Part shown: positions 24,228 through 38,676 of the stretch, one piece after another
Position numbering within the stretch: position 1 is the first letter of the stretch
Layout of the letters: each line of letters starts with the position of its first letter
Assembly: GCF_035594765.1 (NCBI RefSeq)
Contig: NC_085845.1
Location: 177,646,897-177,710,896 of the forward strand
DNA from: Anolis carolinensis
Lineage: Eukaryota
Length of the DNA: 64,000 nucleotides
Direction of reading: 5' to 3'
Notes under the pieces: model-generated
Databases searched by the model: none
Told to the model about the DNA's origin: nothing
The model's input: the letters and a program-made list of their open reading frames with translations, nothing else
Translations under genes and position numbers: made by a program

Positions 24228-24610
24228 TGTAATAGATTAGCCTACCCTGTAAGAATGGTGTGTAGGGGCAGCCATTTTATTTTATATAAGCCTTGATTCC
24301 AGAGGCGTGGCTGAAGCCAGAGGGGAGGGGTGATCCGCCAGCCAATTCAGGGAGGGCAATCTGATTGGAGGATGAAAATGAAGTGTTTGCCTAGTAACAG
24401 AATGTGGGCGGGGCCAAAGTGACAGTTACAGCTGGAAGCCAGAGAGGCAGTTGGAGAGTGAGAGTTTTAAAAATGAGAGTTCTAAGGAGAAGTAGGAGTT
24501 AGGAGGTTGAAGAAAGGAGAGTGCATATGTTTGAGAATTGTAATTTGAGTTGAGAGCATAGTTTGACAACTATCTTGTGACAAAGAGAACTAGGTGGTGA
24601 TTCTCTAGAC

Positions 24611-25105
24611 CAGTGGTTCCCAAACTTATTTGGCCTACGGCCCCCTTTCCAGAAATAATATTACTCAGTGGCCCCTGGAAAGGGGGCGTGGCTTAGAGGG
24701 GTGGGCGTGGCTCCTGCTCAGGAGGGCGGGGCTGAGCCTCTCCCCTAGTCCAAGATGCAGGTCTGGGAGGGGGAGGGGGAGGTGGATGGGGCCACAAATG
24801 GGCGGTCAGGGCTGGGATGGGCAGAGTTACGAGCTCTGAGGCAGGGCTGAGCTTCTATCCCTGTTCTGTGGCACCTGCCAGGATACAGGAGGTGGGGCTA
24901 GAGGAGAGGGCGGGGCCTCTTCCCAAGTGCCTGACCAGGCTGAACCTCTCTACCCTGCCTCCGTGTTATAATAAATGCCTCAGGGGAGGTATACAGAGGC
25001 TCAGCCCTGTCTTTCCTCTTGGAAAGAGGCCCTGCCCCTAGCCTCGCCCTCTGTGTCCCAACAAGCTCCTCAGGAGAGGTATAGATTCTCAGCCTTCTCA
25101 CCTCT
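24611..25105. mobile_element. hAT-type element left end with G-rich interior (truncated)
   Basis: CTCTAGAC followed by CAGTGGTTCCCAAACT; right end not found. Confidence 0.55.
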
Positions 25106-25106
25106 G

Positions 25107-25570
25107 CAGGAGTCTGTCATATACCATGCAGCTGTGGACAAGTCTACATAGGAAACCCCAAACACAGAGGCCCCTACCCTCCTCTCCTTCTGGAAGAGCC
25201 TAAAAACCTGGCTCTTCCAAAAGGCCTTCGATGATTAATCGTTGTAGGTTCGATTTATCTGCCCATTCAACAATAGTTCCATCGTTGATGCTTTGCCATT
25301 ATTACATTGCACTTTATTTTAGCTGTGAAACTACCTCTCCCCATTTTGAAATATTCTGCACTTTAGCCCAGATCTGTGAATTAGTCTCCTGTTTTTAACA
25401 TTTTATGCTGTATGTTGATTTTTATGACTGTTTTATTGATGCTGATGTTTTATTATTGGGATATTTGTTTTATTGTCTTGTTGCTGTTATTATATTGTTG
25501 TGTCGGGCAAGGCCCCATGTAAGCCGCCCCGAGTCCCTTCGGGGAGATGGGGCAGGGTATAAAAATATAG

Positions 25571-25608
<38 letters not shown>

Positions 25609-26225
25609 GCCCAAACACAAGGAATATGAAAGGTACTGCAGGCTAATCCAACCAGAGGAATCAACCATAGCAGAGCACTTGATGAACCAACCTGGACACA
25701 GCATATTGTTTGAGAACACAGAAATGCTGGACCGTTCTAACAACTATCACATCAGACTACACAGAGAAGCCATTGAAATCCACAAGCATATGGACAATTT
25801 CAACAGAAAGGAGGAAACCATGAAAACGAACAAAATCTGGCTACCAGTGTTAAAAAACTCTAAAAATCAGGACTGTAAATAAAGAACACCACTCAGAAAA
25901 CAGAGGAGTTCCAGACAGGAAACAATCAGGACCACCTGACAGCTCCCAACAAAGGATTCCCCCAGGCAGTAAACAGCCAGACCTTGAAGCTGAAAGGCTA
26001 TTCAATGATAATCAAGTTGGCCAATTACAACATTCACACTTACCTCAAATAGACAAATGTTTTTTCTCCCACAGTGGACCTTCCACATATATATAAACCC
26101 CAATTGTCTAGTTTCTAACAAATCTCAGAACCTCTGAGGATGCCTGCCATAGATGCAGGCAAAACATCAGTAAAAAATGCTTCTGGAGCATGGCCATACA
26201 GCCCTGAAAACTCATAGCAACCCAC
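25107..26225 (+). mobile_element. Degenerate Penelope-like 3' fragment interrupted by an L2-type 3' end (about 25165-25608)
   Basis: GIY-YIG-coding segment at 25107-25155 resumes at 25609 (ORF 25571..25882, ...AEHLMNQPGH...); pLTR follows. Confidence 0.8.
26131..26171 (+). ncRNA. Hammerhead ribozyme relic (probably inactive)
   Basis: CTGAGGA at 26134-26140 and helix II are intact, but GAAA->AAAA and GTC->ATC. Confidence 0.5.
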
Positions 26226-26617
26226 TGGATCATGTGGTCAGTGCAGATTGGGCCATAAGCCCACCATTCCTAAGTATATTTTTACAGAAGACACTTCGGT
26301 AACCCATGGCACCCATGGGATTTGGGGATAATGATACGTTTTAGATTAGATGCTAGATAAATGTATTTTTTGGTTACTTGAGAATTACTACTACTAAAGA
26401 TCCACTTAATACTACCCTTCATTGTTATTGTGACTCTAAGGCCAGGATGAAAAGCCTCAGGCTCCTTCCAAACTGTATAAAATCCACATTGAACTGGGTT
26501 ATATGGCAGTGTGGACTGAGATAATCCAGTTCAAAGCAGATATTGTAGATTATCTGCCTTGATATTGTTGGAAATAGCAACCTCCTACAAGTTTCCTATA
26601 CTATACTAGTTAATAAA

Positions 26618-27170
26618 TCTATAAATATAAATGAGTGATGGAATCCCGGCACCGAGCAAAACAACAAAACTAAACACCCTCCAACCTCCAAATTTGACAA
26701 CACAATCCATCATCCATGCCTCTAGGTTGATACAACAAAAAGAAAAGAAAAATAAAGTCCTAATTAGAGGGGAAGGAATAATTGTTTTTATCCAATTGCT
26801 GCCAGTTACAGGGCTAATCTCTGCCCACTTGGTCTCCTAGCAACCAACTCAGCCAAGGGGACAGGCAGACTTAGGCCTCTCTTAGGCCTCTTCCACAGAT
26901 TATCTAATTTGCACTGGATTATGTGGCAGTGTAGACTCAAGGCCCTTCCACACAGCTATATAACCCATTTATAATCTTATATTATCTGCTTTGCACTGGA
27001 TTATCTTGACTCCATACTACCATATAATCCACTTCAGTGTGCATTTTATACAGCTGTGAAGAAGGGGCCTCATATAATCCAGTTCTAAGCAGATAATACA
27101 AGATTATCAATATACAGTAGAATCTCACTTAGCCAACATAAACAGGCCGGCAGGATAAGTGAATATGTTG
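26618..27170 (+). mobile_element. Second, 3'-truncated copy of the same Helitron
   Basis: Colinear with 10976-11550, including the same internal junction into the mariner-type MITE. Confidence 0.75.
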
Positions 27171-30100
27171 GCTCAACATTTATGCATAGTTTGTTTCCCA
27201 GACTTGGGATCTTACTCTTGAGAAACTGAACTTACTTCCAATAGACTGTAATTTCAAGAGATATGCTATACATTTGATGTCATCAACACAGGATCTCAAA
27301 GAATCAAAAGAACTTTTGGTCAAGGTTTTTTTTTTGGAACAAGCTTTTCAATACCTGTGAAGTCTTAAAAGATATATTAACCAATATTATTTTGCAAAAG
27401 TTGAATGTGTTTATATTATTTTGGTTGCCAAATTCAATTGATGTTTAAATAGTGGAGACTATCACAGTCTGGAAGATACTACTGTGGATTATAACAGTTG
27501 ACTGTACTTATTATTTTCATTACTGTTGTTAACTCTCAGGTAATATTGTATGTATATGGTGCTCTGAATTACATAGTGCAACTTATGTTTTGAAACTTTA
27601 TAGTATTCGCTTATCCTTTTTACATAGAAGGAAGATAGCTCTATACTCAGAGAGGCCTGACTATTTCTGTGGCCTTTGCAAGATGCTCTAATATACACAT
27701 CTCTTTTTTATGTTTTGAACCTTTATAGTGTTTGTTTATCTCTTCGACATTGTCTAGTATAGACATTTGTGTGTATTTATCATCACGTTATATCATACCA
27801 TAAACTTCATATTGACTTGATATTAATATTGAATTGAAATACAGTAATAAAATTAATTAATTAATTGAGACCCATAAACACAAACTTGACTCATCTTGAC
27901 TATTTTACTGTGTTATAAAGACATGTTTTTATTTAAAACTAGAATATATACCTTGCTTGGGTATCACTGGGAGCCAGTGCCCACCTACTTCCTCCCTTCT
28001 CGAGGTCTGAAAAGGCTGACCTCGAAATGTCTCCATGGCACATCTAGCCACAGCCAGCTAGCTTCAATCCTTTTCTTTTCCTCTCCTCTGGGCCCAAAAG
28101 GGGTAGTTCTTTTACTTGAGGTCGCTTCTACATTGCCATATAAAATCCAGATTATCTACTTTGAACTGGATTATATGGCAGTGTAGATGCATGTGGATTA
28201 TCTCATTTTATAATCTGGATACATATAATCTGGCAGTCATTTTAGGTTGAATAATGAAAGATATGTGGACCAAGTTTGGTCCAGATTCATGAAGCCATAG
28301 GTGCCTTTGTGGTACAAGCAAATAAACCAATATATATTTATACATACTTTGACATATGTGTGTGTGTATTATTTGATTTTTGCTATTTCCTTGAAAGACT
28401 ACTATATTAAACTACAACTATGGCTTTCACTCAACCTCTTTTCCTTTGAAGTGTGGAGAAATGAAGGATACAAAGTTGTAGTACACATAGCTTTCTGGTT
28501 CCAAGAATTGCTTTTTATTTGCAGAAGCAGATGAAGCGAAACAGAGAAGGGAACAGAAAGAAGGGGATGTTTTGTTTTTCTTTGTAATTTAAAGATATTA
28601 TAAAATATACAGTAACCCACTAACTACAGAAACTCAGCAAAATCATACAGAATATTCCATGTATTACTAGAATATTTCTTTTCTTATACTGCATGTGAGG
28701 ACTAGATAGAACTATTTCTGAAAAGCAAATGCATATTCCAACTACTATGATTTTACATTCAAATTGCAGCCTCGGGAACCACATAACAATAATATAAGCA
28801 GCAAGCAAAAACAAAACCAATCATTACATTTTTAATCCTAGTCATCAAAGCTGCTCAGACAAAATAAGAAAGGCTTAAAAGAAAGAAAAAAAGCCTTTGG
28901 AAAATGCTGAATAGTTTCTGGCAGCTCACCAATTTCCACTGTTTGTTTTGGAGTGAACAGACGCATAGCTTCTAAGACTTGAAAACCTAACAGATTCTAT
29001 GCAGATTTAGGCACATCAAAGCCCATAATCATTTGGTAATTGTATTTATGCTTAGAATGAAAGCCATGGCCTGGGGTGGGTGGGATAAGGTGTAACTCAA
29101 TGATCTTGCCTAAAATGCATAGCTATTTGGCATTTTCCATTCTGTGGAACCCAAAAAATACTTGATTTGATGTATAAATTGTTAACGGCTGTGATATTTT
29201 ACAAAAACATATATGCATGCTTTCTCTATTGAGTGAACACTGAGTTGGTATTACAATAATAAAAGTAGTACATATCAGTATTATCCTAAATTTGCTTTCT
29301 TTCCCATTAAATGGTGACATAAACATATCACCATGATGGAAGAGGGATGTTTCTCAGTTCAGAAACCTGATGGAAATATATGTATTATAGCATGTGCTCC
29401 TGCAATGTGTATTTGACCACATTTGACCACATACATCACAAGAACAAAGACAAATATGTATAATTAATGTAAAACTGTGGACATGTATTACTTTCTGTCA
29501 TTTCAGACAAAGATAGACATTTGTCATTCTGTAACACAAAGTTCCTTAAACAAAGAAATAAGAAATCTAATAAAACAAAAGTTATCTTCTTAAAGCCTCA
29601 GCAAGACATGTCTGTCAAGTTTTGTGCCTATATTGCAACAGAAACAAACCCAGCTGCTTAAGACAGCAATACTATTCATAATTACCTGAGGGAAAGCTCC
29701 AATAGATTCCAATTTTCATATGAGCAGATAGATCTAGATTTGCACTTTTACTAGTTTGACCTTTCTTCTGCAATTGTGGATAGCTTACAAAGTTATGGGT
29801 TATGTTGCCTCTATATTGCTAGTTGGCCATCATTTAGGAAGGTTCATTGGGTTAGTTGAAAGCATAGCCCCAAAAATCACTCAAGTATTTTGATATCTGA
29901 GGCAGAAAATTTCACAAATCCTTCTCTATTTATAGTGTAAAAATAAATAACACAAAATTAAACTACAGATAGTTTTCTGCCCTTTCATGACACCCAAGAT
30001 CTGTTGCATGATGCAAGTATTTCATTCTTCCTAACATCTGCCATAAGAAAATAGATATTTTCTCATATATCCTGTGGATAATTCTTGTTCATCTCTTTGT

Positions 30101-31599
30101 TATTCCATTTTAATGTGCTTCCCAACAAGATCTTTTGAGATGTTATCTTTATCTGTACTGAAAGAAGAGAAAAATATTTTGCCAGTTTACACGGCAAAAC
30201 TCATTTCACAGTCTAGTGCATCTATGTCTAACAATCCTTTGCATCGCTGCACACGAATGTGCTGTTGCACAAACTTTCAGAGAACAAGGAGCAGTAAAAG
30301 GCTCAGAAGCATGCCAAATATATAACAACTCCCACATATCTGTAAGAACAACCTATAAAATGTCAAAGCAATTCAGAATGTGCAGATTGGAACGTGACAT
30401 CGGACTACTTTCAAAAATGCCAAAAACTAAGACAACCGGAGCACCACCAAACAGGTCAACAAGGCTCTCAATGAAGTGTGCTTTTGAAACAAAATGTCTT
30501 CAGGACATTAGCATTGTCTTGGATGAATGATGGCCAGGTACTGTGTTGCTTTTCAGTTGCTGAGAAATGTCTATCTGGAGTTTAGATGCTGGGACTTTCA
30601 ATAGTGAGGAACTGCACACTCATTTTGCATTGGCTGATCTAGAATATTTCCTTACTGGCTGTGCTGTGCCATGAAAAAACGAGACCAACCTTGATTGCAT
30701 TGTCTTGGTGTATTAGGATCCTGAGTTCTCGTGCTTTGGAGTAAATTTGCTTACTTGGAAGAATTTTCCTTTTTTATTACGACATCTGAAATTGAGAGAG
30801 CTGGGAATCTCAATAGGTAAGTGATAGAAACAATTGTATCTTAAATTCTAATTTCTTCTGAAAGACTGCTACAAATATTTATAGTCTAGTTTTGGTTTTA
30901 ATTTTTCATTCAAAACTTTAGTCACACTTGGGCAGAAGGGTGACATAAAAATGCAATAAAGAAATTAACAATAAATAAGATCTGGCATATCTGATCTCAT
31001 CTTGATCTTTAGTTAATGAATTGGATCTGGACCTATTCATGTTTAGAACAGACCTATGGTAATTATTTATTATTATTATTGACGGCACATAAATCATAAC
31101 AGAATTGTTTCAATCAAGTAACCTGAAGCATAATTTTGTCTGGATCATCATATTTGCCTACAAACTCTAAAACAATTTTAACAGCATTTTTATTTGGTAC
31201 TAACTATGCAAAGAAGACATAACAGGTTTTTTGATGTTTTGTGAGAAAATCTTAAAACCGCTATTCTGTTCTTAGAGGGCTGTCCTTGTAATTTTCTTTG
31301 TTATGGAACTAATTTTGCATTAGAATTCTGGAATCATACCATAATATGTCAATGTTCTAAACATACAAATCAATGATAATAGTTTAGAAGTTATTATTGT
31401 ATCCTCTATTAACTTACCAACTACTACAACATCAATATATAGTTTTGAATTAGTTTGGGATTGTGATTTATGAAGTTATTTTAATAAGAATTTTGTTGCT
31501 TTTGAATATATAGCAAAACTGGTTTAAAAAACAAGAATAAAAACTTTTAGTATTTAACATATTTAAAACTGTTTCTATATCTTTGAGATCACTGCTCTC

Positions 31600-32106
31600 A
31601 TTTCCCCCAGTAGGCAGAAATGCATAGGAAGCACAAGCATATAGAATTGTGGACAATTTCGACAGAAAGGAGGAAACAATAAAAATGAACAAAATCTGGC
31701 TACCAGTATTAAAAAAATCTCTAAATTCAGGATAGTAAATAAAAAACACCACTCAGAAACAGAGGAATTCCAGACAAGAAACAATCATTGGCCAGCTAAT
31801 CACTTCCCAACAATGCATTCCCCCAGGCAGGAAGCAGCCAGACTTTGAAGCTACAAGGTTATTCAGTGCTAAGATGGCCAATTGCTCCATTGCCTCAAGC
31901 AGACAAGAGTTCTTTCTCCCACCCTGGACATTCCACAACTATATAAACCCCACTTGCCTAGTTTCCAACGATCTCACAACCTCTGAGGATGCCTGCCATA
32001 GATGTGGGCGAAACGTCAGGAAAGAATGCTTCTGGAATATGGCCATACAGCCCATAAAGCTCACAGCAACCCAGAGATTTCGGCCATTAAAGCCTTCAAC
32101 AACACA
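31600..32106 (+). mobile_element. Penelope-like element 3' fragment / pLTR
   Basis: Homologous to 42940-43361 (DNFxRKEET region, pLTR, hammerhead). Confidence 0.85.
31973..32022 (+). ncRNA. Minimal hammerhead ribozyme in Penelope pLTR (intact core)
   Basis: CTGAGGA at 31983-31989, GAAA at 32010-32013, GTC at 32015-32017, helix I cct/agg. Confidence 0.82.
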
Positions 32107-34554
32107 TAAGCATAATTGGTATATTTCCCTTTGAAGGGAAAACTCTCTCAAGCAATACAATTATTTGGGGTGTTTTCACACTACATTGTGATTCCACTTT
32201 AATTGCTATAGTTCCATGATATAGAATCCTGAAAATTTAGTTTAAAAAGAGGTATTTATTATTCCTGGCCAAACTGCAAACCTCAAGACTCCATAGGATG
32301 CAGCTGTGATGGTTAGCACGGAATCTCTGTGCAGTAAAAAAAAAATGGCATGAAAGGATCTGTAGACAGAGCATTTATCTATTTTCCAGTAAAGCAAAAC
32401 CAATACAAACATACACACCCATTACAGTTATCAATTAAACAAAAATCAGTTAAACAAAAATTGTGAGGGATTGCCAAGTCTGAAGTGCTCCTTCAGCCTG
32501 AGAGTTTGTGCTGATATCCCTGCTTGTAACTTTTTACTGTTTCTCTGTTTAGCAAGACAGCAACAGCAGCACAAAGATGGGCAATAAATAAATCTTTGTT
32601 GATATCAACAGATTCCTCTTCTGCTACCATCTTATTATCACACCCCTCCACTTGAACCTACTTCCCAGTAAACATGCATGGCTTTTATGAACATAGCACC
32701 TGCCTTACGCATATTGTCGTATTTGAAGATGGGAATGATCTGTGAATTTGCTGCAAGAAATGAAGGTTCTTATAGGTGACTTGGTGCTATACAACTAGGT
32801 AAGCATGCAACCAAGTGACTTAAAAGAAACTGAACATATAAGACTTAAGACAGCATGCCCTATATTTACATTACAAGCAACTACTTTTTAAAATATACTA
32901 AAATGACTTTATCTCATAATTCAATAGGTTGCCCAATATTATACAGAGTCGCGTCCAGTAGCGATGAGTTTAGTGGCTCCTGCAGTACCAGTTGCAATCC
33001 TATATGTCCTTCTCCCGAGTTTAGTAGAAGAGAAAGTGGAATATTTAGGATTTGAAAAATTAATAGTGGCCTGAAGTCTATTAGGATTCCTAAAGTGACT
33101 ATATCACTGTATCAATGGGAATTTGATAAATTAACACAATAGTTCTATCAGTTCAATAGAATTACAATGGTTGAAGCTATCAATTTGATTTAGGCACTGA
33201 TTTTAGTCACAAGAGGACTTTATTTTGTCTAGCTTATAATGTAGGTCTTTGGATTTGTTTTGCTTTTTTCATTGCAGTCTGCCAGTACTGATACTACAAT
33301 AGAAATAGCCGGACGAAAAGCTCATTGGCTCATTACAGCTCAAGAGGTAATACAAAAACCTAATCCATGAATATGTGTATGTGATGAAATGTGCTGGAGT
33401 CCACAAAAGCTGATGCCAAGTAAAAGTTTTTAAAGCTTTAATGTTGTTTTAAATAGTGAGCTTGTTTCTAACTTTTCATAATGGCACTGCCATATCCATG
33501 GTACAGTCAACTTTGGCTATAAAATATCCCAGTAAGAATTAACTGGGCATGAAAAAAAATCTACTGAAGGCGGCAGGAGATAGCAAGGGATAACAGTGGT
33601 TGTTATCTGATCCACATGGAACAAAAGTTGTGAAAGGGAAAGGTTTGTTAAACCCAGAACATTTCAGAATAAATCCATCTTCTGCAGCACTCTTGAATAA
33701 TGATTCTCAGCTTGGGAAATTTGCTAGTAGAAGCAAATTATAATGCCATTTTATAACCAAATTGAGAACTGCCTTCATCAAATTCTGGAACTACCTGGTC
33801 TTTTTAATCAGTAAGAATGTATCCCCTGTAAAGCAAAAGGTTCAGTTCCAGATTCCTTAATTGTCCCAGTAAAGTCGTTACTTTTTTGTCAGGGAAATTA
33901 GACTCACAGATTCTGAATGGCTAACAAATAGACCTGGAATGGGCAACATTCTCCCCCCCACCCATGCTACAACACAGCTAAAAGGGATGTCATTAAGATC
34001 TATATGAAAACAAACAAACAATATAAATAGAATCATAGAGTTGGAAGAGACCTCAAGGACCACCCAGTCTAGCATCCTGCCATGAGTGCGTCAGTCAGAA
34101 AAGGAGTAGGAATCTGTGATAGCTAACAGCCTTTTAAGTATTGGCTTCCTCTCTTTACAGATTTTTAGTGAGAATTGCAGGTGATGTTAACATTTTCTGT
34201 ATTCTATGTCTGGCATCTTAAAGAAAGAAAGCATGTATGCATGTATGACTCTGAATGAATTTAAACACAATTGTCTCAAAATAAAAGGGATCTATTGTCT
34301 GGTGATGTGCCGTCAAGGATGCATATGATATCTGAAAGTGCTGGAGTGTTTGTATAAGACCCATATGTGATATTTCCACAAAAGATTGCCACGTTTAAAG
34401 ATGTTGAGCATACATCTACCTTTAAAAATCTCAGTGCAGTAGGAGGGAAATCATTGAATCACAGAGGTGGGAGTGACAAGAACAATCCAGTTAAATTTCC
34501 TGTCATGCAAAAAGTCACAATCAAAGCACTCCTTAAAGATGTCAATCTATGTTC

Positions 34555-34806
34555 TATTTAAAAATCTCTTTTAAAAAAGGGGACTCCACCACACTCCAAG
34601 GCAATGTATACCATTGTTGAACAGCTCCTCCTACCAGGATGTTGTTCTCATGTTTAAGTGAATGCCTTTTCCGGTAGTTTATTTTCATTGCTCCAAAACC
34701 TAGTCTCTGGAGTAGGAAATAGTTAAACAAGGCTATCATGTCATCCCTTAACTGTCTCTTCTCCAAATTACACCAAACTGTTCCTCATAGGGCATGGTTT
34801 CCAGAC
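34555..34806 (-). mobile_element. Old CR1 fragment
   Basis: Degenerate EKRQLR.DMI..F.Y and V.QW..LP..VVESP motifs. Confidence 0.6.
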
Positions 34807-36865
34807 CTGTTTGTCAATACTGTAAAAAGAGATCAAATTGATGTGATCAGATCAATAAAATCCAAATATACATTTCCAAACTCTGGCCTAAAGCTGAGCA
34901 ATTTATTTGTACAAGTAGCCATGACTGACGTCTTACACATTGCCTCACCACATCATGTCCAGCTGTCTTCTCTGGACACTTGATTTGGTTTATGTAGTAC
35001 ATCTAGACCTGTTCAGTCTCAAAATGTTCCTGTGTAGCCCATAACCTTGACTTGGCATCTACTGAGGTCTGTTCTTGGCCTGGACGTTTGTTTCTGCCAT
35101 GACTTCTCTCTGTAAATATCAGGCAAAGGTTACTATTTGACCCCTCACAAAAGTCCCCATTCAGGATATATATATCCGAGCGCTCTGGATGTCTCATCTT
35201 TGTCATTGTACTGATATGTTAAAACCTCCGTTAAGATTAGGAACCCATTGTGCATATAAGTGTTAGAAGATCTTCCATACAAAGGTTTTTCCACTGATAA
35301 GTATGAGCTATTAGCATGCCTGAGTGTCTAGCGCAGCTCATGTTGTAGATGTGTGTCTTCGCTTCTATAGCTACTCTTTTTCTCTCTGATTCTTGTTGCA
35401 GACCACAGCATGACCCAACTTCTCATGTGACCCTTTCTCATCCCATTCCATTGCTTAGATGAAGGACCCATCTACACTGACCACTTAATGCAGTTGGAAG
35501 CAAGCTTCAAGCTGTGGTGGCAAGACAACAAATTTCTCCAAAAGCACACAGAAGAAAGCTCTTAATGTGCATCAGTTTGTGTAGTCACTATCAGGATCTC
35601 AAACTGATTCCAGAATTTCCAGTGTAATCATCTGCACAGCGAAACCACTTTCTTCAATACTCGTTTGAAATTACATTGAGTGGTCAGTACTGATGGAGCC
35701 TTAGACAACACATACACTCAGTAATGTGTAACAGGCATGTATCTAGTTCTTATTCTATTGAACAGAATAAATTTTCAACCATAGCCCTTACAGCAAAACA
35801 AAACAAAAACAGTAATCCATTTGCAGGTTGTTACTATATGACATAACTGGCTGCCAAATAATGTACTAAAAATGACATTGTTATCCTAGGGTTTCCTTCT
35901 AGTTGATTCCAAAAACTTTGGATCACTCTTTCCTTTTTCCTTTTTTTTTTACTGGATGTTATTAGACAGCAATAACATCTAGTCCTCCTCCTGCCCCAGA
36001 CATTATTTTTCCTAGAAAAACTAAAGATCAGAAATTCGGGCAACAGGAAATTTTGAAGGTCAAAAGAAAATAACAAAATGTTTCATACTGACACCCTGAT
36101 ATGCTCTGTTAGAGGCAGGTCACTCAACTACCACCGAGAAAGTGTCTTGCTATAATAAGAGGAAACATCTATGAATAAATAATGTTTCCAAAGCTTCTTT
36201 CCATACTATGGAATGGTTCAGTGATAGAAGTGAGCTCAAAGTATTAGGAGTTTAATCTAACAAGGTCTCCCAAAGAGCTTTAAATCATCAGACAGAGTGG
36301 AAGCAATCTTTAAAAAATTACTACAATAGCCACATTGGGTGTAGTTTGTGAAACACAGGCATGGACAAAAAAGGAAATAAAGGAGTCATCCTTTATCTTT
36401 CAAGAAATGTACTATCAGTCATTTGACTATCACTATCACATCAATTGTGTGCATTGCAAAGAATAGTTAATGTTTAGCATGGACACGATATTGTTTAAAG
36501 ATTTCTTAAAGTTCTCATTTGATGTTTAGTTCTCTGAAGTTTCCAGCCTAGCTGGTTGCAATTAAAGTATTTATTTCAGTTGGAGACAAGATTCATTTTC
36601 TACTCTCCAAGGATTCACCAAGGTAATGACAGCCAACTGGTTTGGTGATAATTTCCCTAAGGGCTGGTGAGTAAGTGGATGGGTCTCTTCATTTGGTTTG
36701 GTGGGGGAACCCTTAAGTTCAAGGAAAGTACTTTTCATGCTTACTTGGGGAATACAATACAACAAAAACTTGCGAGGTCTGGGCTGTAGAAGACAAGATT
36801 ATTGCTTTTCAACAGATTTAGGCAAAACAGGAGTCATTTTGTAACAAAAATGCTTGGTTTCAACT

Positions 36866-37155
36866 TTTTGTGTGTGTGTCAGGAGCAACTTGAGAAACTG
36901 CAAGTCTGGTTTGAGATAATTGGTCATCTGCAAGGATGTTGCCCAGGGGATGCCCTGATATTTTGATATTTTTTTTACCATCCTTATGGGAGGCTTCTCT
37001 CATGTCCACGCATGAAGCTGGGGCTGATAGAGGGAGCCCATGCGCGCTCTCCCCGGGTTGGATTTGAACCGGCAACCTTCAGGTTAGCAATCCAGCCTTC
37101 AAGTCATCAGTCCTGCCGGCACAAGGGTTTAATCCACTGCGCAACCGGGAGCTCC
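36866..37155 (-). mobile_element. tRNA-derived SINE (same family as 46503)
   Basis: Reverse complement shows A/B boxes and the shared 3' end GCTCCTGACAC..AAAA. Confidence 0.85.
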
Positions 37156-37548
37156 ACAACTGAATCACAACTTGTACAGATTTGTTGTAAATATAAAGTG
37201 TGCTTGTCATGAGCAATTCAACATAGAAATACTGTTGTGTAACAAAAGTACTATCCTGTGGACAGCTGAGAGATTTGGTTACACTGTTGAGGCCACTTGA
37301 TCTACAATTCAAGCAAATTTGGTGTTCTGCAGATAAGTATAACAAAAATGGAAGAAGACTTATAATCGGTAAGAGTGCTCTTTTGTTCCAAAATAGAATA
37401 GCCCAAATTGTTCAAATGATAAAGTTGCTATAGAGTGTAAGTTAGAGGGTAATATAAGATTGATGGTATAAGAGTGGAGGCAAAGGGAAAAAATTAAATG
37501 ACACATGTTTTAACAGGTATTTTTGAAAGGGGAGGAAAAGAAGAAATT

Positions 37549-37651
37549 ATGAGTGCCTGTAGTTTTTTGCTCCTTTTGAGCATCTCCAGCTTATGCCTCA
37601 ATGCTAACCCCGGCATCAAAGTGAAGATTACTGAAGAAGGTTTGCATTTTG
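37549..37651 (+). CDS. BPIFC: BPIFC coding exon 1 (signal peptide)
   Basis: MSACSFLLLLSISSLCLNANPGIKVKITEEGLHF; donor g|gtgagt; upstream acceptor at 37515-37516. Confidence 0.9.
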
Positions 37652-38564
37652 GTGAGTTGCAAAGATACATGTTCAAAATTGTAACTTAATGAGGGGAAAA
37701 GGATGTTCCTTTAGATAGCTGATTACATTGGTTTTAATATGTTGTGTGTCCTCATGTCCTTTCCGACTTATGGTGACCCTAAGGCAAACTTACCATGGGA
37801 TTTTTTTAAGGCTAAGTGTACATGACTGTCCCAAGGTCACCTAGTGGGTTTCCATGATCGAGCAAGGAATCAAGCCATGCTCTCCAGACTCATATCTCAT
37901 CTCACAGACAAATTTAACTAGTCCTCTGACAAAAAATACTTTTTCCTCCTGGCAGGTAGATGCAAAATGAAAAGCTATACCCAGTTTTGGCTCATGCCCT
38001 GCCAAAGGTTGGCACCCAGTTCCCAACAGATTACTTATGCGGGATCTCATCTTTAGTGGACCAAGTTCTATTTTGGTTCCATAATTAAAGTGGTTTGTGC
38101 TTTTAGCCTTAATATTAAAACTTGCTGACTAAACATCAAGCAGTGATTAAGCTTCAGATAGTAAGCTAATGTGGGGTATCCTGCAGTATGACCGTCTCAA
38201 GACATGAAATTCTTTAAGGACTTTTAAAAATTCACTTTTGAAACATGGATAAAACCTTGTAGAGGCCAATGCATTCCTCTTAAAACTATCTGTCAGGAGT
38301 ACAGCTCTTGTCAACAACACTCCATATCATTTGGAGCTTTTGAGTCATCTTCAAGAGCAGGCCTATGGATTACTTTGCAGTAATCAAGCCTGGAGGTGAC
38401 CTGAATGAGTATGGCAAGGTCAGGCCCATCTAAAGGGAGATAAACTTATACATCTGATTAACTGAATGAAATCCACATTGACTTGTGGAATTAAAGTGGA
38501 ATGGACTTTAAAATATCATTTGCATTTTTCTGTATGCATCACATTTTTTCATCCAAACATGCAG

Positions 38565-38676
38565 GCATGCAGGTTGGACTAGAGTTCCTGAAGCAAAGAC
38601 TAAAGGAAGCCATCTTTGAGGACTGGCATGGAGAAGATACGTCTGGATTAAGTGGATTTAATTACACAGTTTCAAA
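38565..38676 (+). CDS. BPIFC: BPIFC coding exon 2
   Basis: gcag| ... |gtaagc; (G)MQVGLEFLKQRLKEAIFEDWHGEDTSGLSGFNYTVS. Confidence 0.87.

Noticed and set aside
33278-33346. N-terminal coding extension of BPIFC
   Set aside because: The frame needed to join the ATG exon contains a TGA, and the signal peptide starts at 37549; at most a UTR exon.
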